Positions 45,533-58,872 of a stretch of DNA of 64,000 bases are shown here, piece after piece. The DNA lies in the sequence record MT995927.1; one strand, given 5' to 3'. The position numbers were made by a program, and so were the translations under genes. The stretch's first letter is position 1; each line of letters starts with the position of its first letter. Under the pieces are notes generated by a model. That model was not told the origin of the DNA, did not search any database, and worked only from the letters and a program-made list of their open reading frames with translations.

Positions 45533-46972
45533 TTAAGCTTTTGCTTTAGCTAGTTCAAGAGGTACAATTTTAGCTTTTTCTTCGTCAGTCATCCAGTATG
45601 GTTTATATTCACTTTTACGCATGCGTAGTAGGTCATACGTGGATAGGAATTTTTTATCACTAAATTGTTCGTCTTCTTCGAACATCCAATAGCCACGGGT
45701 ATTATTAAGAATAATATTCCAATCATAACCCATTACTTTAAGATCAGCATATAGTTCGGCTGGAGTTACTACATAATCTCCAAGATTCCAACGTTGGAAT
45801 TGAATTAATTGTAGCATTTCAGATTGGATTTCAACAGCTCGTTGTAGAGCAGGGTTATCCATCAATTTCTTACGAACAGTGGTTCGGCTTAGTTTGATAT
45901 CAGGACATAGCTCAACGAAGTAGTTAATGTTATTACCACCAATCCCCCAATCATTTTCACGGCAATAATGGAATTCCGATAGTGATGGAAGAATACCTTC
46001 AGTCTGTGAAACAATGAGATGGAATGGTAGACCAGTAATTCCACCTTTACCACGTAAGTTAATAACTTCTAGAATACGTAGATCTGTATCGCCTTCAATA
46101 GCAGTTGAATTGTCAATTGGATATAAAGGCATTTTTTCTTTATTGACTAACGGTTTATTAGATTCAATAGAAAACACATTATTCGGCAGAGAGTAGAAAC
46201 CACCTGATACCCCTTTAAGAACCGTATCCTTCTTCATATGCGATAGATTACGTTTATCAGTAGGGTACATCTCAATTTGAATAATATCTCCAACGTGTGC
46301 AGTGAGAATCATGTATGTACTGGTTTTAGCACAGATCTGCGGCAGTTGGTTAAATAACTGATTCTTGGCTTTACCATTAGTCATCGCATCAGTGTTTACT
46401 TTAGAATCACCGATAGCATTTTTAGCATACATTTCAGACACAGCTGAGACAATGAACTTTGAGAAACTATCAATGAATCCACCAGTTGGGTACAGTGCTT
46501 TCTTATTGTTACCATTCACATCAAGAAATGGGGTAGTGCGTAGATAATCTTTTTCAGCTTTCTCTTTTTCAGATAATGCATCTCGGAAGATTTTGAACCA
46601 CTCATCCCCAGTATAACGAGATAAGTCAGTAAACATGTATTGCTCATCATTTTCCCAATCGATAGCAGCTAGCTCAGGATAAGCTTGTGCTAAAGATGTA
46701 AATCGAGCACCTGGGTTTAATGTACCTTCTGTATCGTAAGTCATTGCATGTGCACCGGGGAAAGCACGGCGCATCATTGCCATGAGGTAGATACCTAATG
46801 CAGTTTTAAAATTGTTAGGTCGTGAAGCAATGCCAGTTAGTGATCCCATACCACCATTTAGAATCATTTCACCATGCTTACCTTGTTCATACTTACCAGT
46901 TGAAATGTCCATAAGGCATCCGATGTTAAGAGCCGGTCGGAAAGCTGGACGTTCGAAATGTTTACCAAACAT
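45533..46972 (-). CDS. uvsX: UvsX/RecA-like recombinase (gp152-like)
   Basis: Variant P-loop GIASRPNNFKT, YDTEG, FIDSFS, ILTAHV; 479 aa. Confidence 0.85.
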   Translation of the reverse strand: MFGKHFERPAFRPALNIGCLMDISTGKYEQGKHGEMILNGGMGSLTGIASRPNNFKTALGIYLMAMMRRAFPGAHAMTYDTEGTLNPGARFTSLAQAYPELAAIDWENDEQYMFTDLSRYTGDEWFKIFRDALSEKEKAEKDYLRTTPFLDVNGNNKKALYPTGGFIDSFSKFIVSAVSEMYAKNAIGDSKVNTDAMTNGKAKNQLFNQLPQICAKTSTYMILTAHVGDIIQIEMYPTDKRNLSHMKKDTVLKGVSGGFYSLPNNVFSIESNKPLVNKEKMPLYPIDNSTAIEGDTDLRILEVINLRGKGGITGLPFHLIVSQTEGILPSLSEFHYCRENDWGIGGNNINYFVELCPDIKLSRTTVRKKLMDNPALQRAVEIQSEMLQLIQFQRWNLGDYVVTPAELYADLKVMGYDWNIILNNTRGYWMFEEDEQFSDKKFLSTYDLLRMRKSEYKPYWMTDEEKAKIVPLELAKAKA

Positions 46973-47069
46973 GTTGACTCCATTTTTTAAGTTAAACAGT
47001 CAATTAATTGATTTGGAGAGTAATTTTATGTCTACATATTCAACAATCCTTGCGCAAGGAAATTAAGAC

Positions 47070-47984
47070 ATGTTTAACATCCATAAATACGCTAAAAGTA
47101 TTTCACTAGAAAATGATTGTCAGGATCTAATTGAATCTGACAATATTGTTAATGATGATATTAGTTTAGTACAAGTTGATCCAAAACAACAGCTTGTAGA
47201 TATTACTGAGACTATTTCTCAAGAAGCTAATTTCGCAACAAACGCTATTAACATTATCAATAAACGCGGTGCTAATTTTGCTATCGCTGCTCGTAATGCA
47301 TTTACGTCGATGACTAACTGGAGTAATCAAATTATTCCTGAGTTCCATCCAGCGCAGATGCGCCATTTAGTTTCACACATTGATTATTTAGAAGTAGCAA
47401 ATACAATCGTGTCACAACCAGTTGGTTTTAATGGTGAGATTCCAGACTATGTTGATTATCTATTAACAGAAGCTAAGGAAATGGCCACTATTATTCCAGC
47501 GGTATTAGACCCGGTTAAAGCACAACTTGGATATTATCTACAACAGCGTGCTGATCGAATGGATAAGCGTGGCTTTGCTAATTCATTTGCAATGGCATCG
47601 ATCAATGATCTTGCTAAAGATGCTTCTTTCTATGACAGTGACAACCGGTCAAGTACAGCTGAGTTTGGTAAGCTTTACCCATCATTAAATTCATTTGTTG
47701 ACGCAACAAAGAAAATGAACGATATTCGTAACATTTTATCACGGGTTCGTCCAAATGATGTAAAACGTGCTTCAGAAGCGCTTAGTCAATTAATTGATAG
47801 CTTTATGGAGGATGTTAAGGATAGTAACTCTGACACCTCTCCAGAGCTATTACAGACATTAATTGAAGGGGTTACATGGGCAGCAGACCATGTTGAACGT
47901 TATTCAACACTCTTTACCAAGATTGTTGAGACTGCAAACACAATGAAAGCCACTGAAGATATTCTTCGTGAAATCATTGGATAA
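47070..47984 (+). CDS. Virion head protein (gp153-like)
   Basis: N-terminal ISLE and ISQE prohead-protease-type sites; 304 aa. Confidence 0.7.
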   Translation: MFNIHKYAKSISLENDCQDLIESDNIVNDDISLVQVDPKQQLVDITETISQEANFATNAINIINKRGANFAIAARNAFTSMTNWSNQIIPEFHPAQMRHLVSHIDYLEVANTIVSQPVGFNGEIPDYVDYLLTEAKEMATIIPAVLDPVKAQLGYYLQQRADRMDKRGFANSFAMASINDLAKDASFYDSDNRSSTAEFGKLYPSLNSFVDATKKMNDIRNILSRVRPNDVKRASEALSQLIDSFMEDVKDSNSDTSPELLQTLIEGVTWAADHVERYSTLFTKIVETANTMKATEDILREIIG

Positions 47985-47992
47985 CAGCATAA

Positions 47993-48014
47993 GCCCTCTC
48001 CCAAAGGAGAGGGC
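47993..48014. terminator. Bidirectional terminator
   Basis: GCCCTCTCC-CAAA-GGAGAGGGC between convergent genes. Confidence 0.8.
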
Positions 48015-48029
48015 ATTATGTCGTACCAA

Positions 48030-48515
48030 TCAATTTGGAATACACTTCTCATGTAAACTTAATTTAAAGAGGGTTTTTAAATCCTTTAAAAAAGTTGCAT
48101 CATCAGCATATTTCATCCAACACGGAGTCTTACGAATAAGCCTCATGAAAAATTGATCAGTGGTTAGATCTGCTTTATCAATCTTATCGATTGCTATCAC
48201 GCCTTTCCATACGTACGGCCCATAATGAATAGGGAGTCGTAAGGCAGCTTCATCGCGTACTAGTTTCATGTTAGAATTCAAATGAGAGATCTTTTCACAC
48301 TCATTTGTCTTACACTGTACTATAACGGAGTACAGTGACGCCATGACGCACATCCGCTTTAGTTCGGGATCAGCATAGTCCCAGAGCTTAATCCAAATTG
48401 CCCTGAAACCATTCTTAACCGACTTTTTGAATCTGCTAATAAGGTTCATGGAATACCCACTATTTTGGGAGAATAAATTGTGTATAGGGTGATTGATAAA
48501 TAGCTGAACCATCAT
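48030..48515 (-). CDS. Hypothetical protein (gp154-like); start may be an internal Met
   Basis: 161-aa ORF downstream of RNase H. Confidence 0.65.
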   Translation of the reverse strand: MMVQLFINHPIHNLFSQNSGYSMNLISRFKKSVKNGFRAIWIKLWDYADPELKRMCVMASLYSVIVQCKTNECEKISHLNSNMKLVRDEAALRLPIHYGPYVWKGVIAIDKIDKADLTTDQFFMRLIRKTPCWMKYADDATFLKDLKTLFKLSLHEKCIPN

Positions 48516-49908
48516 CAGTCACGAACACAATTGAATATGAATAAGAATATGGGCCTTCAGCTACTACAAGAATTTCCATTTTAACTTTATTAGCTCCAAT
48601 ACGAGCTAATTGGTTTCTACTTGGAATATCGATATTTAATACAAGCTTTAATTTTATCTTACGATCTTTAAATGTGATCGGAACTTCTACAAAGCCTGTA
48701 TTAGATGTAATCGTCTTAAGTAGTTGATAGCCAACTTTCTTACCCTTTGCGACTTCCTCGAAGAAGTGCTCGGTAATATCAATAATACCAACCGACTCTC
48801 CAAGTTTACCAGCCAAGTAATCTTCAAGACGACTGCGCATAACATTAAATGTAGCTACAGCGTCATTTGCCATACGTGGTGGATTAAGAGTCCGACTAAT
48901 GAGTTCATCTGTTGGCGTCGACAAAACATTGATATCTTTCCATACGACTAGAGCAGGTAGTCCCATGGATTCAATTTTCTGTCGAATGGTTGCACGGTAT
49001 GCGTTTGCCAAATTGATGATACCCAGTTCTGGATTTTCAGTACCCAGTGCTTCTGTATGCATATTAATTAGTAACTGGAGATACTCATCTGGCTCATTTG
49101 CCTTATATACACTGAAGGTTGCTTCAGAGATACGACGCCCTAAAATTAAATCAGCTTTAGCTAATTTATCTTTAGCAGTGTCTTTTGGTTTATGACCATA
49201 GTTATGCATACGACCTAAATTATAGGTGTAATAGAACCCATCTGGTTCTTCTCCAGAGTTAATGGCGAAGAGTAACCTACTTTCGAGGATAAGTGGATTA
49301 ACAACTTGTTTTTTAAGTTTGTTAATTTCTTCGCCTTTAACCGAAACCATCACTGGCTTATCATTATTCTGTCCCGAACCAAGCTTAGCATTAGCATCAG
49401 CTTTTTCATTACCAATGTCTCCGTTATGACCGCGGACCCATTGGATGCTTAATGGTTTATTAGTTTCTTCCCATTTAGCTTTTAGTTCGACCATCTGTTT
49501 CCATAGGTCCTGGTTTGCTACCGGTGTACCGTCTGATTTAATCCAATTGGACTTAATCCATTTGGGTAAATATGCGGTCATACCTTTTCTAACGTATTCA
49601 CTATCCATGAGCATCGTTAGTCTAGGTGCATCTGCTTCATGGGCTATTTTGAAAGCCTCAATTGCAGCGGTTAGCTCACCTGTATTATTAGTAGGGTTAT
49701 TAGTTACACTACCAAATGCATCAATATAATTTAAAACAGTGCATGTCTCATCTGCACCTACATCTAAGTATCCCTTAGCTGTTGGTTGCTGTTTGGTGGC
49801 TGCTTTAGATTTCATTGCAACATTTTCATAGGTATAACCATGAATACCCCAACCAGCTTTACCCTGTCGGAATGATCCGTCAGTGTATAAAACCATACCG
49901 TCTGACAT
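48460..49908 (-). CDS. rnhA: Ribonuclease HI with long C-terminal extension (gp155-like)
   Basis: LYTDGS, NNTGEL, MDSEYV, WVRGH.G..GNE.AD: full catalytic D-E-D-D set. Confidence 0.92.
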   Translation of the reverse strand: MSDGMVLYTDGSFRQGKAGWGIHGYTYENVAMKSKAATKQQPTAKGYLDVGADETCTVLNYIDAFGSVTNNPTNNTGELTAAIEAFKIAHEADAPRLTMLMDSEYVRKGMTAYLPKWIKSNWIKSDGTPVANQDLWKQMVELKAKWEETNKPLSIQWVRGHNGDIGNEKADANAKLGSGQNNDKPVMVSVKGEEINKLKKQVVNPLILESRLLFAINSGEEPDGFYYTYNLGRMHNYGHKPKDTAKDKLAKADLILGRRISEATFSVYKANEPDEYLQLLINMHTEALGTENPELGIINLANAYRATIRQKIESMGLPALVVWKDINVLSTPTDELISRTLNPPRMANDAVATFNVMRSRLEDYLAGKLGESVGIIDITEHFFEEVAKGKKVGYQLLKTITSNTGFVEVPITFKDRKIKLKLVLNIDIPSRNQLARIGANKVKMEILVVAEGPYSYSYSIVFVTDDGSAIYQSPYTQFILPK

Positions 49909-49963
49909 TATTGTTTCCTCATGTGATCGATTACTAAACTAGATAATAATTCTAGCAAGTAAA

Positions 49964-50365
49964 TTACTCATCACACTTTGCACGCCATTCTTCATATGCT
50001 TGCTCAATTTTAGCGCGCTCAGATACAATATGTGACTTTAATTCTTTTATATAGTCAGTCAACAAGATATCGATTTGTTCCGGAGTTTCTATAAACTCTG
50101 TAATAATCGGTGTTGGCGGTACCGGTTTCTTTCTTGGTAGTTCGAAAACCATACACTTCTTACTAGTATCCTTACTATATTTTTTAGGTGTAGGCAGAAC
50201 TTTTTGTATTACCTCTTCTTTAGTTGTAACAACAGATGTATGATCATCTGTAGAAGAGGAGTGCTCATATTGGACCACAGTCGTGTTGTGCGTGTGGTAC
50301 TCATGTGGCGTATAAACACAGCCACTGATAAGTGGTAGGAGTATTAGAAAGAACTTTCTTGACAT
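49964..50365 (-). CDS. Putative lipoprotein
   Basis: Start moved to ATG 50365 (GGTGG RBS): MSRKFFLILLPLISG|C lipobox. Confidence 0.7.
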   Translation of the reverse strand: MSRKFFLILLPLISGCVYTPHEYHTHNTTVVQYEHSSSTDDHTSVVTTKEEVIQKVLPTPKKYSKDTSKKCMVFELPRKKPVPPTPIITEFIETPEQIDILLTDYIKELKSHIVSERAKIEQAYEEWRAKCDE

Positions 50366-50385
50366 GTGATCCACCAATTTGGTAC

Positions 50386-50676
50386 TTACTTTAGCAAGTC
50401 ATTTAAACGACGGCGGCGCTCAAGCATTTCAGCCTTCTCAGGCGTCATTTTCTTGAGTCGATCCATTTCGGCTTTAACGGCCCAGTTGCTTGCTTTAACT
50501 GACTTCAACTCACTAGTCACTATGAATAAGGTACCTAGTAATATTACAACTAGGATTAACATTGCCGTGACATGTTTGTTTTCCAGCAACACTTCCTTAA
50601 TTGTTCTATCACCAAAGATAGCCCTCTTAAGGAATGGCCAAACGAAGAGCAAGGCTTTAATAGTCAAACCGAGCAT
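50386..50676 (-). CDS. Membrane protein with C-terminal coiled coil
   Basis: TM segment AMLILVVILLGTLFIV, then a charged helical tail. Confidence 0.7.
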   Translation of the reverse strand: MLGLTIKALLFVWPFLKRAIFGDRTIKEVLLENKHVTAMLILVVILLGTLFIVTSELKSVKASNWAVKAEMDRLKKMTPEKAEMLERRRRLNDLLK

Positions 50677-50851
50677 GATGACCTCTGTTAGTACTATGCC
50701 TACCCATAAAAGCCAGTATTGGCATTTCTATCAATAGACTGTTACAAGGGTATTACGTAAAGCTCATAATACCAGACTTTTTATTTTAACACAACTAGAA
50801 CAGACTGATTTTATAGATGGAAACCCATCGCGCTCTAATTATGAGGATTAA

Positions 50852-52192
<1,341 letters not shown>

Positions 52193-52202
52193 TGCATAAA
52201 TG

Positions 52203-52224
52203 AGAGAGGGCAAAGGCCCTCTCT
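52203..52224 (+). terminator. Hairpin terminator
   Basis: AGAGAGGGC-AAAG-GCCCTCTCT. Confidence 0.7.
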
Positions 52225-52247
52225 TATATTAATCTAAAGGTGGCGCA

Positions 52248-53198
52248 ATGCGTAGATTCACTCTTAATCTGGCGGATAACCCGCGTGGACAAGATCCACG
52301 AATAGGTTTCTTCAAAGCAGTTACAACAGCATATCCGGATTTAGGTTTATCTGAAGATAAGTCCATTATCGTAATGGTAATGGATAGTGCAACTATCGAT
52401 GAGCCTAATAGGGCATTTGTTCGTATTCAAAAAGATGCAACTAATAGTGCTGTTTATTACGACTTTCTTTATAATCGTTTTAATGTTAATGATTATATTA
52501 AAAATCCATATTGGACAGCATCGGAAGTAACGGTTGTTCAAGGATTAAAAAATAGCGAAGCTTTAGTTGCGTATGTTGCTAATAAAGCTAAATTAAATTT
52601 TACTGCTAGTGACATATGGTTAGAAATATCTAATATAACGTATACCGGTGGTAAGAAACAACCAAACTTTTTATTTAAAGCTATTGATTCATCACTATGG
52701 TGGAGAGGATGGTTAAATCTATGGTTACATTCAGGTGGTGATGTTGACCCTGATCCGCCGGACCCAGATCCAGATCCTGATCCAGAACCAACAGATGGCT
52801 ATCAGATATTCCCGCAATTGCTTGTACCATTTACAATTACAGTTGATAATGAAACAGGTAAATTTGGTAATTGGATTTGTCCGCCTTATGATCAAGCTAT
52901 AGGTAGGCTATTGGTACTAATGCCTAAACCAGATGATGCTCAAATAGAAGAGTCACCTAAAGGTGTTATACTACCTTCTGGCAATAGCGAGAAACTTAAG
53001 GCTGGTGCTGAATATCGAATACTGAATTTAACTAATGAAGATGTCGATATAGCTACTGCTTATCAACAGAGTATCATTAGGCCAATGTATACAAGTACTG
53101 GTTTCTTACCTAATAATGGCTATACTCGATTTATCTGTTATAATGAAACAACTAAAGCGATGTATACACTTGGTCTGTCATGGTGGATGCAATCATGA
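52248..53198 (+). CDS. Two-domain virion protein with Pro-Asp linker (gp158-like)
   Basis: FLYNRFN family motif in the N-domain; DPDPPDPDPDPDPEP linker. Confidence 0.75.
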   Translation: MRRFTLNLADNPRGQDPRIGFFKAVTTAYPDLGLSEDKSIIVMVMDSATIDEPNRAFVRIQKDATNSAVYYDFLYNRFNVNDYIKNPYWTASEVTVVQGLKNSEALVAYVANKAKLNFTASDIWLEISNITYTGGKKQPNFLFKAIDSSLWWRGWLNLWLHSGGDVDPDPPDPDPDPDPEPTDGYQIFPQLLVPFTITVDNETGKFGNWICPPYDQAIGRLLVLMPKPDDAQIEESPKGVILPSGNSEKLKAGAEYRILNLTNEDVDIATAYQQSIIRPMYTSTGFLPNNGYTRFICYNETTKAMYTLGLSWWMQS

Positions 53199-53599
53199 GC
53201 GAATTCTGTTATATCTACCCACCTATGAAAGTAATTGACACGTCTAAAGCAACTGGACGTAAGTTTGATATTGACTCAACTTATCTTAATGCACACATTA
53301 TCGTTGAAGATCCTAATTATACTGATAATGATAATTCAGATAGTCCATTTATAGTAAATTTACCAGCTACTGCCTATGATACTAAAAAAGGTAAATATGT
53401 ATTTACTATTGCCAATAAGACAAATGGATTATTGGTGATTCGTGCTTATGGTAATCGTTTAGTTGGTAACCGTGTATTCAAAGTTGACTGTCAATTAAAC
53501 AAAGGTGAGGCATGTGAATATAGAACGGTTTATGATTCATTAGAAAATGAATTATACTGGTCTATCGAAGGACGTGTAATGACGGATGTACAGGAGTAA
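53195..53599 (+). CDS. Hypothetical protein (gp159-like)
   Basis: Start moved to ATG 53195 (ATGA overlap). Confidence 0.7.
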   Translation: MSEFCYIYPPMKVIDTSKATGRKFDIDSTYLNAHIIVEDPNYTDNDNSDSPFIVNLPATAYDTKKGKYVFTIANKTNGLLVIRAYGNRLVGNRVFKVDCQLNKGEACEYRTVYDSLENELYWSIEGRVMTDVQE

Positions 53600-53602
53600 A
53601 TC

Positions 53603-54076
53603 ATGGCAGATACATCAAAATGTGATAATTTCATTCCTGGTGCATTTTACACAACAATAAATAAATATCCATTAAAAATGAAACACCCTCTTTATGGAGA
53701 TGATGTTATTTATAATCTGTTAGATGTTAAAGATTATTTTGATACTAACATTATCTTTAAAGAAGAAGATGGATATGTATCATCACCAACAACACCTACA
53801 TTTATTGGCACTGTTATTAAATATAATACATCATTGCCAAATGGATTTACTTTCGTATTGAGTTTCTATGAAAAAGATCCTATTAATGGCAAAGAGACTA
53901 GGGACTCATTAAGTTTTTGGGCACAAGACAAAGATGGTAAATTAGTTATACCTAGAGGTTTTCCATTTGAAGATGCTTCTGTGCGCGGTACGGTTGGACA
54001 ACGATTTATATTAGTCAGACCTAATGGCCAAACAACTGGTGATTATATTTGGGTTTGTCCTGGTCAAGCATTTTAA
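53603..54076 (+). CDS. Hypothetical protein (gp160-like)
   Basis: 157 aa, AGGAG RBS. Confidence 0.75.
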   Translation: MADTSKCDNFIPGAFYTTINKYPLKMKHPLYGDDVIYNLLDVKDYFDTNIIFKEEDGYVSSPTTPTFIGTVIKYNTSLPNGFTFVLSFYEKDPINGKETRDSLSFWAQDKDGKLVIPRGFPFEDASVRGTVGQRFILVRPNGQTTGDYIWVCPGQAF

Positions 54077-54150
54077 TTTAAAGCGGATCTGCTTTAAAGT
54101 GGATCCGCTATTATTTCGTCTTAAAGTAACTATAGTGCTCAATTGAATGA

Positions 54151-54810
<660 letters not shown>

Positions 54811-54845
54811 CAACCTTATGAACTTTAATACTCCGGAGTTTTAAA

Positions 54846-56414
54846 ATGGCTAAGAAAAAAACAGTTCCCGCAATGGATTTCTTTGCAAGTCTTGAGCGCG
54901 TTTCTGATGCTGAAGATAAGAATGTCAATCTTGATGTTGGTAAAGAATTACCAGAACAATTAAAAGATGATGAAGATGGTAAAGTAAATCCATGTGATGA
55001 AGTTACCAATGTCGTTACCAATACCCCAATTGACGTATGCAAAGGTCCAGATGTTGATGGAACTGCTGATAAGATCAATGATAAGAAGATTCATGTTAGT
55101 CAAGGGCTAAAAGAATTCCAAGTAGCTAAAGGTGATCGTGTTGAAAACGAAATCACTGAAACAGCTGATGAAATGATCACTAAAGTAAGTGATACTAAAG
55201 ATCTTAATGTTAGTACCAAAAAACCACACCAAATTGCAGATGTCCCATCGAATGAAGACATTTCTATTATGGAAGCCAATGAGACTGAGCAGCTAGACCA
55301 TGGCTATGATGCCACCGCACTACTGGAAACTACTGAAGATATCATCACTGGTGAACTAGATGATCATCTAGAATCATTATCAGTTGAAATGTTTACAATT
55401 GTAAATGAACTGACTAAAGTAGAATCTGTTCAAACTGCATTAGAAAACTATATTGGTTTAGTTAGTAACCGCCATCATCGCGGGCATGATGTCGATCATG
55501 ATCTAGCTAAAGCTATTAGCATCGCGCTAGAGTCATTTGACTATAAATATTTTAATAACACTGTGCCATCAATGGAATCCTTTATATCACCGCTAACTCG
55601 GCCTAAAGCTTCTATTGAAGTATTAGATAATCTACAAGCTAAAGCAAAAGAAGTATCTACTGTTGCATTAGATTTCATTAAGAAGCTAATTCGCATTGTT
55701 GTAGAAACTTATCAACGTATTCGCCAGAATGTCAGTAATCAAATAGAACGCGTTAATAAGATCATGAAACGCGTTAAAGAGAATGAACTACCCGATGAAG
55801 TTCGTACTATCGCAATTCCACGCGATCTGATTCTAGGTGACACTGGTGAGAGTTGGGTTGGTGTAGACCCTGTTCAGGGGGTTACTGTAATCCGTAATCT
55901 ATTTGACAGCATTGAAAAGAATGGACTGCGTGCTCTTAAAGCAGCCTTAGCTGGAAAAACAACTGATGATAAAGCACTGGCTTTAGCTAAAGGTATGTTT
56001 GGAACAGCTACCAAAATTAATGCTAATGGTGTCCGATATGCTAGCCCGGTTGTGCCCGGTAATCGTGTTTATACCTTTGGTAAAGACAAAGCTGCGGTAG
56101 ACTTCTCCATTCTTGATGCACCGGGTAAACCCAACTATGGAATTACTGTTGAACTATTAGTTGATAAGAATGTTGTTATGGCTCAGCTAAAAGCAGTTCA
56201 TAACCTCCTAAATCATCTAAATAATATTCGCGGTATCTCTAAAGAGTCAACTGCTGAAATCATTGCACAGATGACTGATAAAGAAGCAACCAATGTTGGT
56301 AAGGCTTATCTAACTGGCACCACTGAAGCTAGTAATGATCTGTTTAAATGTGTGATGATCTGGATCACCGTACTTGAGAAACTAGTTGATAGTGAAATCA
56401 AGGAAACTGAATAG
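54846..56414 (+). CDS. Inner-head/ejection protein family member (gp162-like)
   Basis: Acidic propeptide with multiple S/A-x-E sites (ASLE, IALE, PSME); 522 aa. Confidence 0.75.
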   Translation: MAKKKTVPAMDFFASLERVSDAEDKNVNLDVGKELPEQLKDDEDGKVNPCDEVTNVVTNTPIDVCKGPDVDGTADKINDKKIHVSQGLKEFQVAKGDRVENEITETADEMITKVSDTKDLNVSTKKPHQIADVPSNEDISIMEANETEQLDHGYDATALLETTEDIITGELDDHLESLSVEMFTIVNELTKVESVQTALENYIGLVSNRHHRGHDVDHDLAKAISIALESFDYKYFNNTVPSMESFISPLTRPKASIEVLDNLQAKAKEVSTVALDFIKKLIRIVVETYQRIRQNVSNQIERVNKIMKRVKENELPDEVRTIAIPRDLILGDTGESWVGVDPVQGVTVIRNLFDSIEKNGLRALKAALAGKTTDDKALALAKGMFGTATKINANGVRYASPVVPGNRVYTFGKDKAAVDFSILDAPGKPNYGITVELLVDKNVVMAQLKAVHNLLNHLNNIRGISKESTAEIIAQMTDKEATNVGKAYLTGTTEASNDLFKCVMIWITVLEKLVDSEIKETE

Positions 56415-56423
56415 GTAAACATA

Positions 56424-57611
56424 ATGTCCACATATGCAGAACTATTAATTACCAATAATGAACTCAAAGAGGCTATTGTTTCTGTTGAAGCATATCGCCA
56501 TCGATTAGCTCGTTATCAAGATCTGCTAGATGGACGTGACGTAGCATCTGAAGACCTGTCTAAAGCGATGTCATTTGCTTTAGAAAGTATCGATCCCGCC
56601 TTCTCCATAAAAGAAGGCGGTATAATTACACTACGTGCTTTAAAAGATGCATTAGTTCGAGCTGCTAAGGCTGCACGAGATATTGTGCGGATGGTAATCG
56701 AAACACTCACGGCATTCTACGTCAAGTTTACTGGCAGTATTTCACATGTGCGTAAAACACAGCAAAAATTATCTAGGCGACTTGCAAAACTAGGTAATCG
56801 TACGACTAATACTCGATTGACTGTTTCTGGTTTACAGCGATTATCTATTAACGGTGAATTCATTGGTGATCGACCAGATAATCTTTTAGATATCAAAGAA
56901 GTCACTAATTATATTTTAATGACTTATCCTAAAATGACTTCTAATATTGCTCGAAATATTAGTAGACAAGCATTGAATATCTTAGATAATCAAGGCGAAG
57001 ATACCACTACAGAAATCATTGATGAGTTATTACAATCTTTTGCCGATATAGTGCGTCGTGATTTTAAAGCGCCGCCAGGGGATGAGCCATTAAAGAAAGG
57101 TGAGACTACTTCTACTGGTACCCATAGAAGTTATATTTTACCAGCTAATCGTGCATTTGTTTATACTGATGCTGACCATATAGCTACATCAGTTACTAAT
57201 AAACAATCTGCACTAGAAATGGTTCGCAATACATTTACAATGGAATTTACAGAGTTACAAATCAATGCAATTGATAGCACTGAACGAGATATAGAAGTAC
57301 CTTCTGTAACTACGCTAAGTGATATTGTAACTGGTATTGCTAATATTTTAACGATCGCTGAACGTGCTAAACAAGGCGAAGTAGAATATAAAACAGTTAA
57401 GGTAGTTGTAGATGATTCAATTCGACAGCTAGCTGAACGTAGTGAGTTATTGGGAAGGGCAAATGGCGAGGCAATTAATATGCTCGCTGAGATATCCCGA
57501 AAATTAGCAGAACCTGTTGGTAACTACACCCATTGGTTAGCAGTAACTCTTAAAGTCTGGTTAACATTTGTTAGTCACTGCATTACTCATTATGAGAATG
57601 AAGGTATTTAA
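56424..57611 (+). CDS. Inner-head protein paralog (gp163-like)
   Basis: VSVE, ASE, FALE sites; DL.KA.S.ALES shared with the gp162-like protein. Confidence 0.75.
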   Translation: MSTYAELLITNNELKEAIVSVEAYRHRLARYQDLLDGRDVASEDLSKAMSFALESIDPAFSIKEGGIITLRALKDALVRAAKAARDIVRMVIETLTAFYVKFTGSISHVRKTQQKLSRRLAKLGNRTTNTRLTVSGLQRLSINGEFIGDRPDNLLDIKEVTNYILMTYPKMTSNIARNISRQALNILDNQGEDTTTEIIDELLQSFADIVRRDFKAPPGDEPLKKGETTSTGTHRSYILPANRAFVYTDADHIATSVTNKQSALEMVRNTFTMEFTELQINAIDSTERDIEVPSVTTLSDIVTGIANILTIAERAKQGEVEYKTVKVVVDDSIRQLAERSELLGRANGEAINMLAEISRKLAEPVGNYTHWLAVTLKVWLTFVSHCITHYENEGI

Positions 57612-57619
57612 CAGCATAA

Positions 57620-57640
57620 GCCCTCCCATAGTGGGAGGGC
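57620..57640. terminator. Bidirectional terminator
   Basis: GCCCTCCCA-TAG-TGGGAGGGC between convergent genes. Confidence 0.8.
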
Positions 57641-57650
57641 ATTATGTTCT

Positions 57651-58823
<1,173 letters not shown>

Positions 58824-58872
58824 TTACTAGGGTTATTAACTCTATAGAGTAAGACATTATTAAGGGTTAATC

